A stretch of 64,000 bases of DNA from the NCBI GenBank assembly GCA_964414945.1, contig CAYPYJ010000003.1:5895-69894 (forward strand), read 5' to 3'. The notes beneath the pieces are model-generated. The model did not search any database. It had not been told where the DNA came from and saw nothing but the letters and a program-made list of their open reading frames with translations. A program made the position numbers and the translations under genes. Source of the stretch: an uncultured Terracidiphilus sp. (GTDB lineage: Bacteria > Acidobacteriota > Terriglobia > Terriglobales > Acidobacteriaceae). Positions 18,995 to 27,431 of the stretch are shown here, in pieces (positions within the stretch are counted from its first letter, which is position 1; the number at the start of each line of letters is the position of its first letter).

Positions 18995-20452
18995 ATGGTC
19001 GAGATGGATCGACGCGCGTGGTTGCAAGGAGCTGCCGCCACGCTGGCATTGGCTCCACATGCCTGGGCCGACGCAGCAAAGAGCGGATCGACTATGCAGT
19101 TGGAGTTGCCGCATGGGCGGCCTACACGTGGTGAAAGGCGCTTTAGCAGCGCTTCCGTAGAGGCCCTGATCCCCCAGATTCAGCACAAGATCACCGATCC
19201 GGCCCTGGCGGTGATCTTTGAGAATTGCTTTCCAAATACGCTGGATACAACTGTTTCGCCTGGCAGTTTTGCGGGCAAGCCGGATACCTATGTTGTGACC
19301 GGCGATATCGATGCAATGTGGCTGCGGGATTCTTCGGCTCAAATGCAGCCCTATCTGAGTTTAGTCAGACAAGACGAACCCTTGAGAGAGTTGCTGGAAG
19401 GGGTAATCCGGCGGCAGGCTCGGATGATTTTGCTGGACCCCTATGCAAATGCTTTTATGCACGATGCCGCAGCTCCGCCGTTGAAGTGGGCCGCGAACGA
19501 CAAGACCGAACACCGCCCCGGCGTGGGAGAACGCAAGTGGGAAGTTGATTCACTTTGTTACCCGATCCGGTTGGCGCATGGCTATTGGCGCATAACCGGA
19601 GATACGCGGCCCTTCGATGCGACCTGGAAGGAGGCGGCCTGGACTGTGGTGCGAACATTTCGCGAACAGCAGCGCAAAACCGGACCGGGGCCCTATTCGT
19701 TTGAGCGGACATCGCCAGTTCCAGCGGAGACCTGCGCGCTGGGTGGGTGGGGAAATCCGGCGCTGCCTGTGGGAATGATTTTTTCCATGTTCCGGCCATC
19801 GGACGACGCATGTATTTATCCGCTGTTTGTGCCTGCAAATCTATTTGCCGTGACAAGCCTTCGCCAGTTGGCAAAAATGGCGGCGGAAGTTTTGCACGAC
19901 ACGAAGCTGGCTGTCGAAGCGGGAGCCCTGGCTGCCGAAGTGGAGCATGCTCTCAGCCAGTTTGGAAAGACGCAAGACAAAAGTCTGGGAACAATTTGGG
20001 CATACGAAGTAGACGGATACGGAAACGCTCTGAAGATGGACGACGCCAATGCTCCTGGGTTGTTGAGTCTGGCTTATCTGGGCTGCTGCGCGATAGATGA
20101 TCCGCTTTACCGGCGGACCCGAGCCTTTACGCTGAGCAAGTCAAATCCCTACTTCTTCCGTGGCAATGCAGCAGAAGGAATCGGCGGGCCGCATGAAGGA
20201 ATGAACATGATCTGGCCGATGTCGATTTTGATGCGTGCGTTTACCTCAGTAGACGACCAGGAGATTCGGCAGTGCCTTCGCTGGCTGCGAGATACAACAG
20301 CCGGGACCGGTTTCATGCACGAATCGTTTGATAAAGATGATGCGGGAAAGTTTACGCGGGCATGGTTTGCATGGGCCAACACACTGTTTGGCGAACTGAT
20401 TGTGAAGCTGGCGGCGGATCGCCCCGGAGTGCTCAGTGTTGCTTTGAATTGA
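18995..20452 (+). CDS. GH125 exo-alpha-1,6-mannosidase (metal-independent alpha-mannosidase family)
   Basis: VVTGDIDAMWLRDSSAQ is the family signature. Tat-like signal: MDRRAWLQGAAATLALAPHAWA. The ATG at 18995 is preceded by AAGGAG. The ORF-track start 18965 is a GTG 4 nt after the cutC stop. Confidence 0.8.
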   Translation: MVEMDRRAWLQGAAATLALAPHAWADAAKSGSTMQLELPHGRPTRGERRFSSASVEALIPQIQHKITDPALAVIFENCFPNTLDTTVSPGSFAGKPDTYVVTGDIDAMWLRDSSAQMQPYLSLVRQDEPLRELLEGVIRRQARMILLDPYANAFMHDAAAPPLKWAANDKTEHRPGVGERKWEVDSLCYPIRLAHGYWRITGDTRPFDATWKEAAWTVVRTFREQQRKTGPGPYSFERTSPVPAETCALGGWGNPALPVGMIFSMFRPSDDACIYPLFVPANLFAVTSLRQLAKMAAEVLHDTKLAVEAGALAAEVEHALSQFGKTQDKSLGTIWAYEVDGYGNALKMDDANAPGLLSLAYLGCCAIDDPLYRRTRAFTLSKSNPYFFRGNAAEGIGGPHEGMNMIWPMSILMRAFTSVDDQEIRQCLRWLRDTTAGTGFMHESFDKDDAGKFTRAWFAWANTLFGELIVKLAADRPGVLSVALN

Positions 20453-20535
20453 TGTGCTCTGTGTTCAACAGCAAGCCCCCGCGAAGAACATAAAGTTGCC
20501 ACAGCGGACGTTCAGCGAAGAATGGAGCAGGGATT

Positions 20536-23169
20536 GTGAAAAAGTCGAGCTTGATTTTGTCTATTCTGTCGATGGCTTTGCAAATGGCGGCACAGCAGGC
20601 GCCGCCGTTAAGGGAGTGCGCGGGAACCCTGGCGCCGGCGGAATTGGACCACAGAATCGACGGGCTCATCGGACAGATGACGATGGAGGAACGGATTGCG
20701 CAGTTGCAGGACCAGTCTCCGGAAATTCCGCGCCTTGGGATTCCTGCGTACAACTGGTGGAACGAGGGTTTGCACGGAATTGCGCGCAACGGATATGCAA
20801 CGGTATTTCCGCAGGCCATTGGGTTGGCGGCCACCTTTGATTCGCCTCTGCTTGAACAGGTGGGAGAAGTGGTTGGCACGGAGGCGCGAGCAAAATTCAA
20901 CCCGCACCAGGCCGCGGATTCGGAGCGTTATGCGGGGCTGACAATCTGGTCACCGAATATCAATATCTTTCGTGATCCGCGCTGGGGCCGAGGGCAGGAG
21001 ACTTATGGAGAGGATCCCTTTCTGACGGGACTGCTCGGCAGCGGATTTGTGCGGGGCATCCAGGGGCCTGAAGGCTTCTATCACAGAGCCGACGCCACGC
21101 CAAAACACTTCGCGGCGCATAGCGGGCCGGAGTCGCAACGCGACGGCTTCAATGCGCAGGTGAGCGAACATGATATGAACGATACCTATTTGGCTGCATT
21201 CAACGCGTTAACAGGTCAGGCTCACGCAGACGCGATGATGTGTTCCTACAATGCAATAAATGGAATTCCTGTCTGCGCAAATCGTGGATTGATTGAAGAC
21301 GGGGTGCGCCAGCAGTGGGGCTTTGCGGGTTATGTAGTATCCGACTGCGATGCAGTGGGTGAGATTACCGAGTACCTGCACTATACCTCCGATCATGCGC
21401 ATGGAGCGGCGGCGGCGCTCAGAGCGGGCGTGGACCTGGATTGCGGTGGGACATATCACCATCTGAATGAAGCGCTCCGCGAGCACTTGATTGAGGATCT
21501 GGATGTAAACCGTGCGCTGCACCGGTTGCTGTTGGCCCGCTTCCGTTTGGAAATGCTGCAGCCTATGTCTTGTTCTCCTTATGCGGCGATTGGCACGAGT
21601 GCTGTGAATACGCCAGAGAACCACGCATTGGCGCTGCGTGCGGCTGAAGAGTCGATGGTACTGCTGAAAAACGAAGGCGATTTTCTGCCGCTCGATTTCG
21701 CTGGCAAGCGCGTGGCACTGGTAGGCCCCACGGGTGATTTGCTGGAGGTAATGGAGGCCAATTACCACGGAACAGTGCGCAACCCGAAGACTCTATTCGA
21801 GGGGCTGCGGGATGGGTTGCCTGCCGGCGCGAGTGCGTTGTATGCGCAAGGATCGTCTTTGGTTGAAGGAGTGGCTGTTCCAGTGGCGCGTACGGCGTTG
21901 CGAACAGGCACGGATGAGGGCTTGCAGGGCGAGTACTTCGACAACCCCGAGCTGAAAGGCAAACCACTGCTGACTCGTGTAGACCGGCGTATTGATTTCG
22001 ATTTAGATCGTGCTGAGCCGGCTCCGGGTGTCGTTGGCGCATATTCCATCCGGTGGACCGGCGAGCTTAAGCCGCCATCTGCGGGCAGCTATAGGCTCCA
22101 GGTCAGCATTGACCGATGCTTCGATTGCAAAGGCCACGACGGTTATCGCTTGTGGGTAGATGGCGCGATGCTGCTGGAAGATGACGGCAGCAAAAAAAAG
22201 CGCCCAGATGAGATAGCGCTGCAGTGGAAAGACACACAGTCTCATGCGATTCGGTTGGAGTTAATACACAGCGGAGAAGATGAGGGAATTCACTTAATGT
22301 GGGAGGCTCCGGCTGAGACGCAGCTCGATGAAGCGTTGGCAGCCGCCCGACAGGCTGACGTGATTGTCGCCACCGTGGGACTGTCGCCGCGTTTGGAAGG
22401 CGAGGCGCTGGGAATCAAAGTGCCGGGATTTTTTGGCGGCGACCGGGAGACTCTTGATTTGCCTCAGCTGCAGAGAAAGCTGCTCACCGCTTTGGCCGCT
22501 CTGCATAAACCGATCGTGATTGCGCTCAGTTCGGGAAGCGCCGTGACTCTGGGAGAGGAGGCCAAAGATGCCAAGGCGGTGGTGGAAACATGGTATCCAG
22601 GAGAGGCGGGTGGCGAGGCACTGGCGCGAATATTGAGTGGCGCGGCAAATCCGTCGGGACGCTTGCCGATAACCGTGTACCGGTCGGTCACTGACTTGCC
22701 AGCCTTTACGGACTATTCGATGGCGCACAGAACTTATCGCTACTACACCGGACCCGTCGCATACCCTTTTGGCTTTGGGTTGAGTTATACAAAGTTTGCA
22801 TATTCCAGGCCTGAGCTTTCAGTTCAGAGGTTGGAAGCAGGCCAGACATTGCGAATCAGCGCGACGATAAAAAATGTGGGCCAGCGTGAGGGCGATGAAG
22901 TCACCCAGTTATATCTGATTCCTCTCGAAGCGGCAGATGCTCCGAAGCTCAGCTTGCAGGGAGTCCGGCGTGTGCATCTTCAAGCCGGAGAATCAAGGCG
23001 CGTCGAGTTTTCCTTGCAGCCAAGGCAAATGAGTTTGGTGGATGCGCTGGGCAAGCGTGCTGTTCATCCTGGGAAATACAGGATTTATGTCGGCGGTTCG
23101 CAGCCAAGTGAACGGGATCAATCTGGTGCGATTTTCGAGATCACCGGCGAAAAGACGGTCGAGCCATGA
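20536..23169 (+). CDS. GH3 glycosidase (beta-xylosidase/beta-glucosidase type) with PA14-like insert
   Basis: Motifs WWNEGLHG, KHFAAHSGPE and GYVVSDCDAVG (nucleophile region). The PA14-like segment is GLQGEYFDNPELKGKPLL...YRLWVDGAMLL. A fibronectin-like C-terminal end is present. Confidence 0.8.
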   Translation: MKKSSLILSILSMALQMAAQQAPPLRECAGTLAPAELDHRIDGLIGQMTMEERIAQLQDQSPEIPRLGIPAYNWWNEGLHGIARNGYATVFPQAIGLAATFDSPLLEQVGEVVGTEARAKFNPHQAADSERYAGLTIWSPNINIFRDPRWGRGQETYGEDPFLTGLLGSGFVRGIQGPEGFYHRADATPKHFAAHSGPESQRDGFNAQVSEHDMNDTYLAAFNALTGQAHADAMMCSYNAINGIPVCANRGLIEDGVRQQWGFAGYVVSDCDAVGEITEYLHYTSDHAHGAAAALRAGVDLDCGGTYHHLNEALREHLIEDLDVNRALHRLLLARFRLEMLQPMSCSPYAAIGTSAVNTPENHALALRAAEESMVLLKNEGDFLPLDFAGKRVALVGPTGDLLEVMEANYHGTVRNPKTLFEGLRDGLPAGASALYAQGSSLVEGVAVPVARTALRTGTDEGLQGEYFDNPELKGKPLLTRVDRRIDFDLDRAEPAPGVVGAYSIRWTGELKPPSAGSYRLQVSIDRCFDCKGHDGYRLWVDGAMLLEDDGSKKKRPDEIALQWKDTQSHAIRLELIHSGEDEGIHLMWEAPAETQLDEALAAARQADVIVATVGLSPRLEGEALGIKVPGFFGGDRETLDLPQLQRKLLTALAALHKPIVIALSSGSAVTLGEEAKDAKAVVETWYPGEAGGEALARILSGAANPSGRLPITVYRSVTDLPAFTDYSMAHRTYRYYTGPVAYPFGFGLSYTKFAYSRPELSVQRLEAGQTLRISATIKNVGQREGDEVTQLYLIPLEAADAPKLSLQGVRRVHLQAGESRRVEFSLQPRQMSLVDALGKRAVHPGKYRIYVGGSQPSERDQSGAIFEITGEKTVEP

Positions 23170-23261
23170 CTCAAGTCCTAGAGGCAGTGATTCAAGGACC
23201 GCAAGCTAGACCACTGCCTAATCATTAGAAATGCCTACCCATCGACGGGCATTGCACTGCT

Positions 23262-24047
23262 TCAAGCGCATATGACGCGTACGCCCTGGCGCTCGAAAGG
23301 GGCAAGAGCCTCCGCAGTGGCGCCTGTGTCAGTAATCAGGACATTGATCTCATTTGCCTTGCAAATGAAGCCTGGACTAACCTTGCCAAGTTTGCTGGAG
23401 TCAGTGGCGACGATGACCTGCTTGGCCTGTTTCAGCATTTTGCGATAGACCAATGCCTCGTCGGATTCAAGCGTAGTGGCGCCGCGATCGGCGTCCAGGC
23501 CGGTTACACTCAAGAACACTTTGTCCATATAGACATTGTCGAGGAACGTGAGCGCAGCATTGCCGGTAAGAGAAAACGACCATGCCCATGGAATCACGCC
23601 ACCAGTTAGATAGGTGCGAATTCCAGGTTGGTTGCACAACTCCATGCCGATATTAATGCCGTTTGTAATGATATGAATCTTGTCGCGGTGGCGCAGGCTG
23701 CGGCCGATATGTGTTGTGGTGGTACCGGCAGTAAGGCCAACAGTTTCACCGGCTTGAACTAGCTCGGCTGCGGCAAGGCCAATGTGGCGTTTTTCCTTTG
23801 CAAAGCGCTGCTCGCGCGCCAGAAACGAACTGTCGTAGCGAAACGGCTCGTATAGAAGTGGCTCGACCAGTTCGGCGCCGCCGTGGGTACGGCGGATCAA
23901 TCCTCGAGCCTCAAGACGCGCCAGATCGCGCCGAATGCTTGGTGCCGAGGAACCGGCGGTGGCGAGCAGTTCTTCAATGGTGGCAGTTCCAGCACCAAGA
24001 AGATATTTAATGATTCGTTCAGAACGCCTATTGATGGACTCAGACAT
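23262..24047 (-). CDS. DeoR-family transcriptional regulator
   Basis: N-terminal HTH: ATIEELLATAGSSAPSIRRDLARLEARGLIRRTHGGA. The C-terminal part is a DeoR-type sugar-phosphate sensor region. It is transcribed divergently from the SIS gene. Confidence 0.8.
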   Translation of the reverse strand: MSESINRRSERIIKYLLGAGTATIEELLATAGSSAPSIRRDLARLEARGLIRRTHGGAELVEPLLYEPFRYDSSFLAREQRFAKEKRHIGLAAAELVQAGETVGLTAGTTTTHIGRSLRHRDKIHIITNGINIGMELCNQPGIRTYLTGGVIPWAWSFSLTGNAALTFLDNVYMDKVFLSVTGLDADRGATTLESDEALVYRKMLKQAKQVIVATDSSKLGKVSPGFICKANEINVLITDTGATAEALAPFERQGVRVICA

Positions 24048-24140
24048 ACATTGAGATTCTACTCTGTAAATTCCGGATGTACAGAAATTTTGAGCGTTTA
24101 TTTAAGAAAAATCAAAAAAAGTCGTTTTAAATATCCATCA

Positions 24141-24171
24141 TAATGATCGTTTTAATATAAAATGATCGTAA
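24141..24171. promoter_or_regulatory. Two copies of the ATGATC motif in the DeoR/SIS divergent region (candidate operators)
   Basis: TAATGATCGTTT (24141-24152) and AAATGATCGTAA (24160-24171). The 9-mer AATGATCGT is repeated exactly at 24142 and 24161. A related GTCGTTTTAA lies at 24121. Confidence 0.4.
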
Positions 24172-24216
24172 TTGGGGATTTTGTGTTTCTAATCACAAGC
24201 CGCCGGGATAAGCCAA

Positions 24217-25332
24217 ATGCAAAACTACGCTCATGAAATGTTGCGCGAGATCTACGAACAGCCGGAGGCGCTTCGTCGCACCTTGGCACTTTACCTGACT
24301 GGCAAGAGTCTGAATCCGGAGGTGGCGGCCCGGTTGGCGGTTTGGCCAATTCCGGAAGGCGAGATTCTGATCGCCGCCAGCGGTTCCAGTCGCCACAGCG
24401 GATTAGCTGCGGAGATACTGCTTGAAGATCTGTGCGGTTTGGCGGTGGATGTCGAATACTCCAGTGAATATTGTTGCCGGGGCGGCGAGGATCTGCGCCA
24501 TCCCAGTGTTCTGGTGCTCTCCCAGTCCGGAGAGACCTCGGACACTCTGGCGGCTCTGGATGCGGCGCGCCGGCGTGGGCAGAAAACGCTGGCCATTACG
24601 AATGCCGCCGCTTCTACCATGGCGTGCGAGGCAGATGTTTCCATGCCTTTGGCTGCCGGCGTCGAAAAAGCGATTCCAGCCACAAAGAGCTTTACCTGCC
24701 AGTTGGCCGTGCTCTACCTTCTGGCGCTATACGAAGGTGTGCGGCTGGGCCGGATGAACAGTGTGGCGTTGGAAGGGCACATTGTGGAGATTCAGTCTCT
24801 GCCGGATAGCATCGGAGCGCAGCTTGACGGTTGGCGAGAGCAAATGGCCGTGCTGGCAAACCGCTACAACTCCGCCGCCACTTTCCTTTATCTGGGCCGG
24901 GGCATTCACTATGCCATTGCCCGGGAGGGCGCACTGAAACTAAAAGAGTCTTCTTACGTTCACGCCGAAGGCTATCCGGCGGGCGAATTGAAGCACGGGC
25001 CGAATGCGCTGGTCAGCGACAGCGTGCCTCTCGTCGTGCTGGCCACGGTGGATCGCAACCTTGAAGCATCGGTGACGCGATATGAGAAGACGCTGCAACT
25101 GCTGCGCGATATGAAGGTACAAGGAGCCAGGGTAATCGCCGTCGCCAATGCGGGCGATAAAGAGGTGGCTGAATTGGTCAGTGATTGCGTGTATGTAAAA
25201 TCGGCTTCAGAGTATCTGCTGCCCATCCTGGAAGTGATTCCTCTGCAGCTGTTCTCCTATTTCATGGCGCTGGAACATGGCATAGACGTTGACCGGCCCA
25301 GAAATCTCTCCAAGTCCGTCGTGGAGATTTAG
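24217..25332 (+). CDS. SIS-domain sugar-phosphate isomerase/deaminase (AgaS / NagB-II / GlmS isomerase-half like)
   Basis: It starts MLREIYEQPEAL and has two SIS repeats (ASGSSRHSG, LSQSGETSDTL; GRGIHYAIAREGALKLKESSYVHAEGYPAGELKHGP). There is no glutamine amidotransferase domain. Confidence 0.75.
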   Translation: MQNYAHEMLREIYEQPEALRRTLALYLTGKSLNPEVAARLAVWPIPEGEILIAASGSSRHSGLAAEILLEDLCGLAVDVEYSSEYCCRGGEDLRHPSVLVLSQSGETSDTLAALDAARRRGQKTLAITNAAASTMACEADVSMPLAAGVEKAIPATKSFTCQLAVLYLLALYEGVRLGRMNSVALEGHIVEIQSLPDSIGAQLDGWREQMAVLANRYNSAATFLYLGRGIHYAIAREGALKLKESSYVHAEGYPAGELKHGPNALVSDSVPLVVLATVDRNLEASVTRYEKTLQLLRDMKVQGARVIAVANAGDKEVAELVSDCVYVKSASEYLLPILEVIPLQLFSYFMALEHGIDVDRPRNLSKSVVEI

Positions 25333-25376
25333 CGCCTGTTACACCACACAGCGAGCATTATGAAAGCGGCAACCAA

Positions 25377-27236
25377 TCACACGCCAGACGCCCCTTCAAA
25401 GTGAGCCTCAATCTCTTCAAGGGTTTTGCCTTTGGTTTCGGGGAGCAGGAAAGCCGCGACCAGAAAGTAGACGACTGTAAAGCCGGAGAACATGAAGAAC
25501 ATTGATGAATAACCATGCTTGCTTACGAAGGGTAGAAAGATTCCGGCCAGCGTAGTGGATACCAATTGATTGATGACCAGTGCGATGCTCATACCGTTCG
25601 AACGTATGCGAGTGGGCATCAACTCTGATAGAGCCAGCCAGACGCACACACCGGGACCCAGCGCATAAAAGGCCATGAATAGGTAGAGGCCGACGGCGAC
25701 CATCCACCCATGACCCGCGGTGGGCACTTGGCCGATGAGAGCTTTCCCGATGCGTAGTGGCGCGGTCCGGGCGGCTTCGAGGTTGCCAAATGGATTCTTA
25801 AACAGCGCTTCAACCTTATTTGCCGGTACGCAACTGGCACGAGTGATTTGAATCGGTACAGCGGCTGGGTTGTCGGAACGGACAAAACTGGTTGCTGCAG
25901 TGAAGTCTCCATAAGAATAGATGACGGCCAGGGATGCGCGGTGCGGGTCGATCTGGCTGCTGGAAGTCCCGGTGGCAATCAGAAGCTGCTTGGCTGCGGC
26001 CTCATTAAAACTCAGAGTCAGCTCCTGATCGGTGCTGACACGGTTTTGAATCAGATCGCGAACGTCCGAGCCGACCTTTTCCGTACGCAGAAACAAAATG
26101 CCCACGCCAATCATGGAAATGATGATCCCTGAGGTGCCCATAACTAGCAGGAACTTGCGTCCCTTGCGGTCCACCAGCGTCATTCCCACCATCGTCATGA
26201 GAAAATTTACAGTCGTAAAAATAACGTAACCCCAATGGGCATGGAGATCGGAGAGGCCGCTCTGCAGCAGAATGGCGGCGTTGTATCCAATAATCGAATT
26301 GATGCCTGTGGCTGTGTTGCAAAAAAGAATCACACAGGCCAGCAGAAAAGGAATGACGTACTTGCGCCGCAGAAGGGAATCGCGCACCTTATCCCCGACC
26401 GAGCGCGGGGCCTCCGCGATACGGGCTGTCTCTCCCATCTCGCGCAACTCGATGCTGGCTTGTTGCGGAGTGCGCGAGCGCAACAGAGCAGTATACGCGG
26501 CGGCCATTTTGTTGCGCCGGAAGAGCCATCGAGGTGATTCGCTTACCAACAGGCTGCCCAGCACAAAGAGCACGCCGGGAGGCAGTGACACCCAAAATAT
26601 TTGCCGCCAAACCTGGCCCTTGTAGGCGAACAGCGTTGCAGCACCGGCTATGCTGGCCACTGCCGCAACGCGATAACTGTAGTACATGCCAACCATAGCT
26701 GCCGCCACAATACCCAGTGTGAGCAGCCACTGAAAAACGCCCGTTCCCTTGCCGCGATCGCGCGCTGACAGGCACTCGGCCAGATACAGCGGAACCACAA
26801 CGCCGATAAATCCGCCGCTGACACCTTGCAGAAGCCGCCCGAAGAACAGTGATTCGTATCCATGCGAGAGGGCGATTACGGGAATGCTCAGAACAAACGT
26901 GATGCCGCTGAAGACCATCATCGGCTTGCGCCCCATCCAGTCAGCGAGAATGCCCGCAAACAGAGTGGAAAGGACACTGCCCAGCAGTACTGCCGCTACA
27001 ATCGCCGAGAGTTCCGAAGGGGAAAGGAGTCTTTCCACGCCGTGGTCGACAACCTTGAACGTAGCTTCCAGATAAGGAAGTGCGCCGCCGATGATACCCA
27101 CATCGATCCCATACAGCAATCCGCCCAGACCAGATACCAACAGCAGAAAAAGGTTGTACCGGCGTTGCGCTGAGGAGTTAGCGGTTAACGGTGAGATCTG
27201 AGTGTTTGTCATCGGTGTTATTGTGTACTTTCTCAA
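25377..27236 (-). CDS. MFS sugar-porter-family transporter with a ~125-aa insertion between TM9 and TM10
   Basis: Motifs GGLLYGIDVGIIGGALPYL, GRKP, VSESPRWLFRR and LPETKGKTLEEIE. It is 619 aa versus roughly 470 aa typical. The extra segment spans about residues 384-510. Confidence 0.8.
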   Translation of the reverse strand: MRKYTITPMTNTQISPLTANSSAQRRYNLFLLLVSGLGGLLYGIDVGIIGGALPYLEATFKVVDHGVERLLSPSELSAIVAAVLLGSVLSTLFAGILADWMGRKPMMVFSGITFVLSIPVIALSHGYESLFFGRLLQGVSGGFIGVVVPLYLAECLSARDRGKGTGVFQWLLTLGIVAAAMVGMYYSYRVAAVASIAGAATLFAYKGQVWRQIFWVSLPPGVLFVLGSLLVSESPRWLFRRNKMAAAYTALLRSRTPQQASIELREMGETARIAEAPRSVGDKVRDSLLRRKYVIPFLLACVILFCNTATGINSIIGYNAAILLQSGLSDLHAHWGYVIFTTVNFLMTMVGMTLVDRKGRKFLLVMGTSGIIISMIGVGILFLRTEKVGSDVRDLIQNRVSTDQELTLSFNEAAAKQLLIATGTSSSQIDPHRASLAVIYSYGDFTAATSFVRSDNPAAVPIQITRASCVPANKVEALFKNPFGNLEAARTAPLRIGKALIGQVPTAGHGWMVAVGLYLFMAFYALGPGVCVWLALSELMPTRIRSNGMSIALVINQLVSTTLAGIFLPFVSKHGYSSMFFMFSGFTVVYFLVAAFLLPETKGKTLEEIEAHFEGASGV

Positions 27237-27365
27237 AATCTTGTGCGTGGCATTCTAGCGAAGCGGATGGCTAAGCAGGAAGACCTGGGCCATTGAGCCC
27301 GAGAGATGCTGGCCAGGTCGAGAATACGCTATTCCACGCCGAGAGGTTTACGTGTGATAAGTATA

Positions 27366-27396
27366 CAATGATCGTATTAAACTTAAATGGTCATTT
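27366..27396. promoter_or_regulatory. Two copies of the ATGATC motif in the MFS/GH20 divergent region
   Basis: CAATGATCGTAT (27366-27377) and AAATGGTCATTT (27385-27396, an 11/12 match to the palindrome). Confidence 0.4.
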
Positions 27397-27431
27397 TGTT
27401 GATCTAAATGGTGGCCTGAAAGGTAGCCGGG

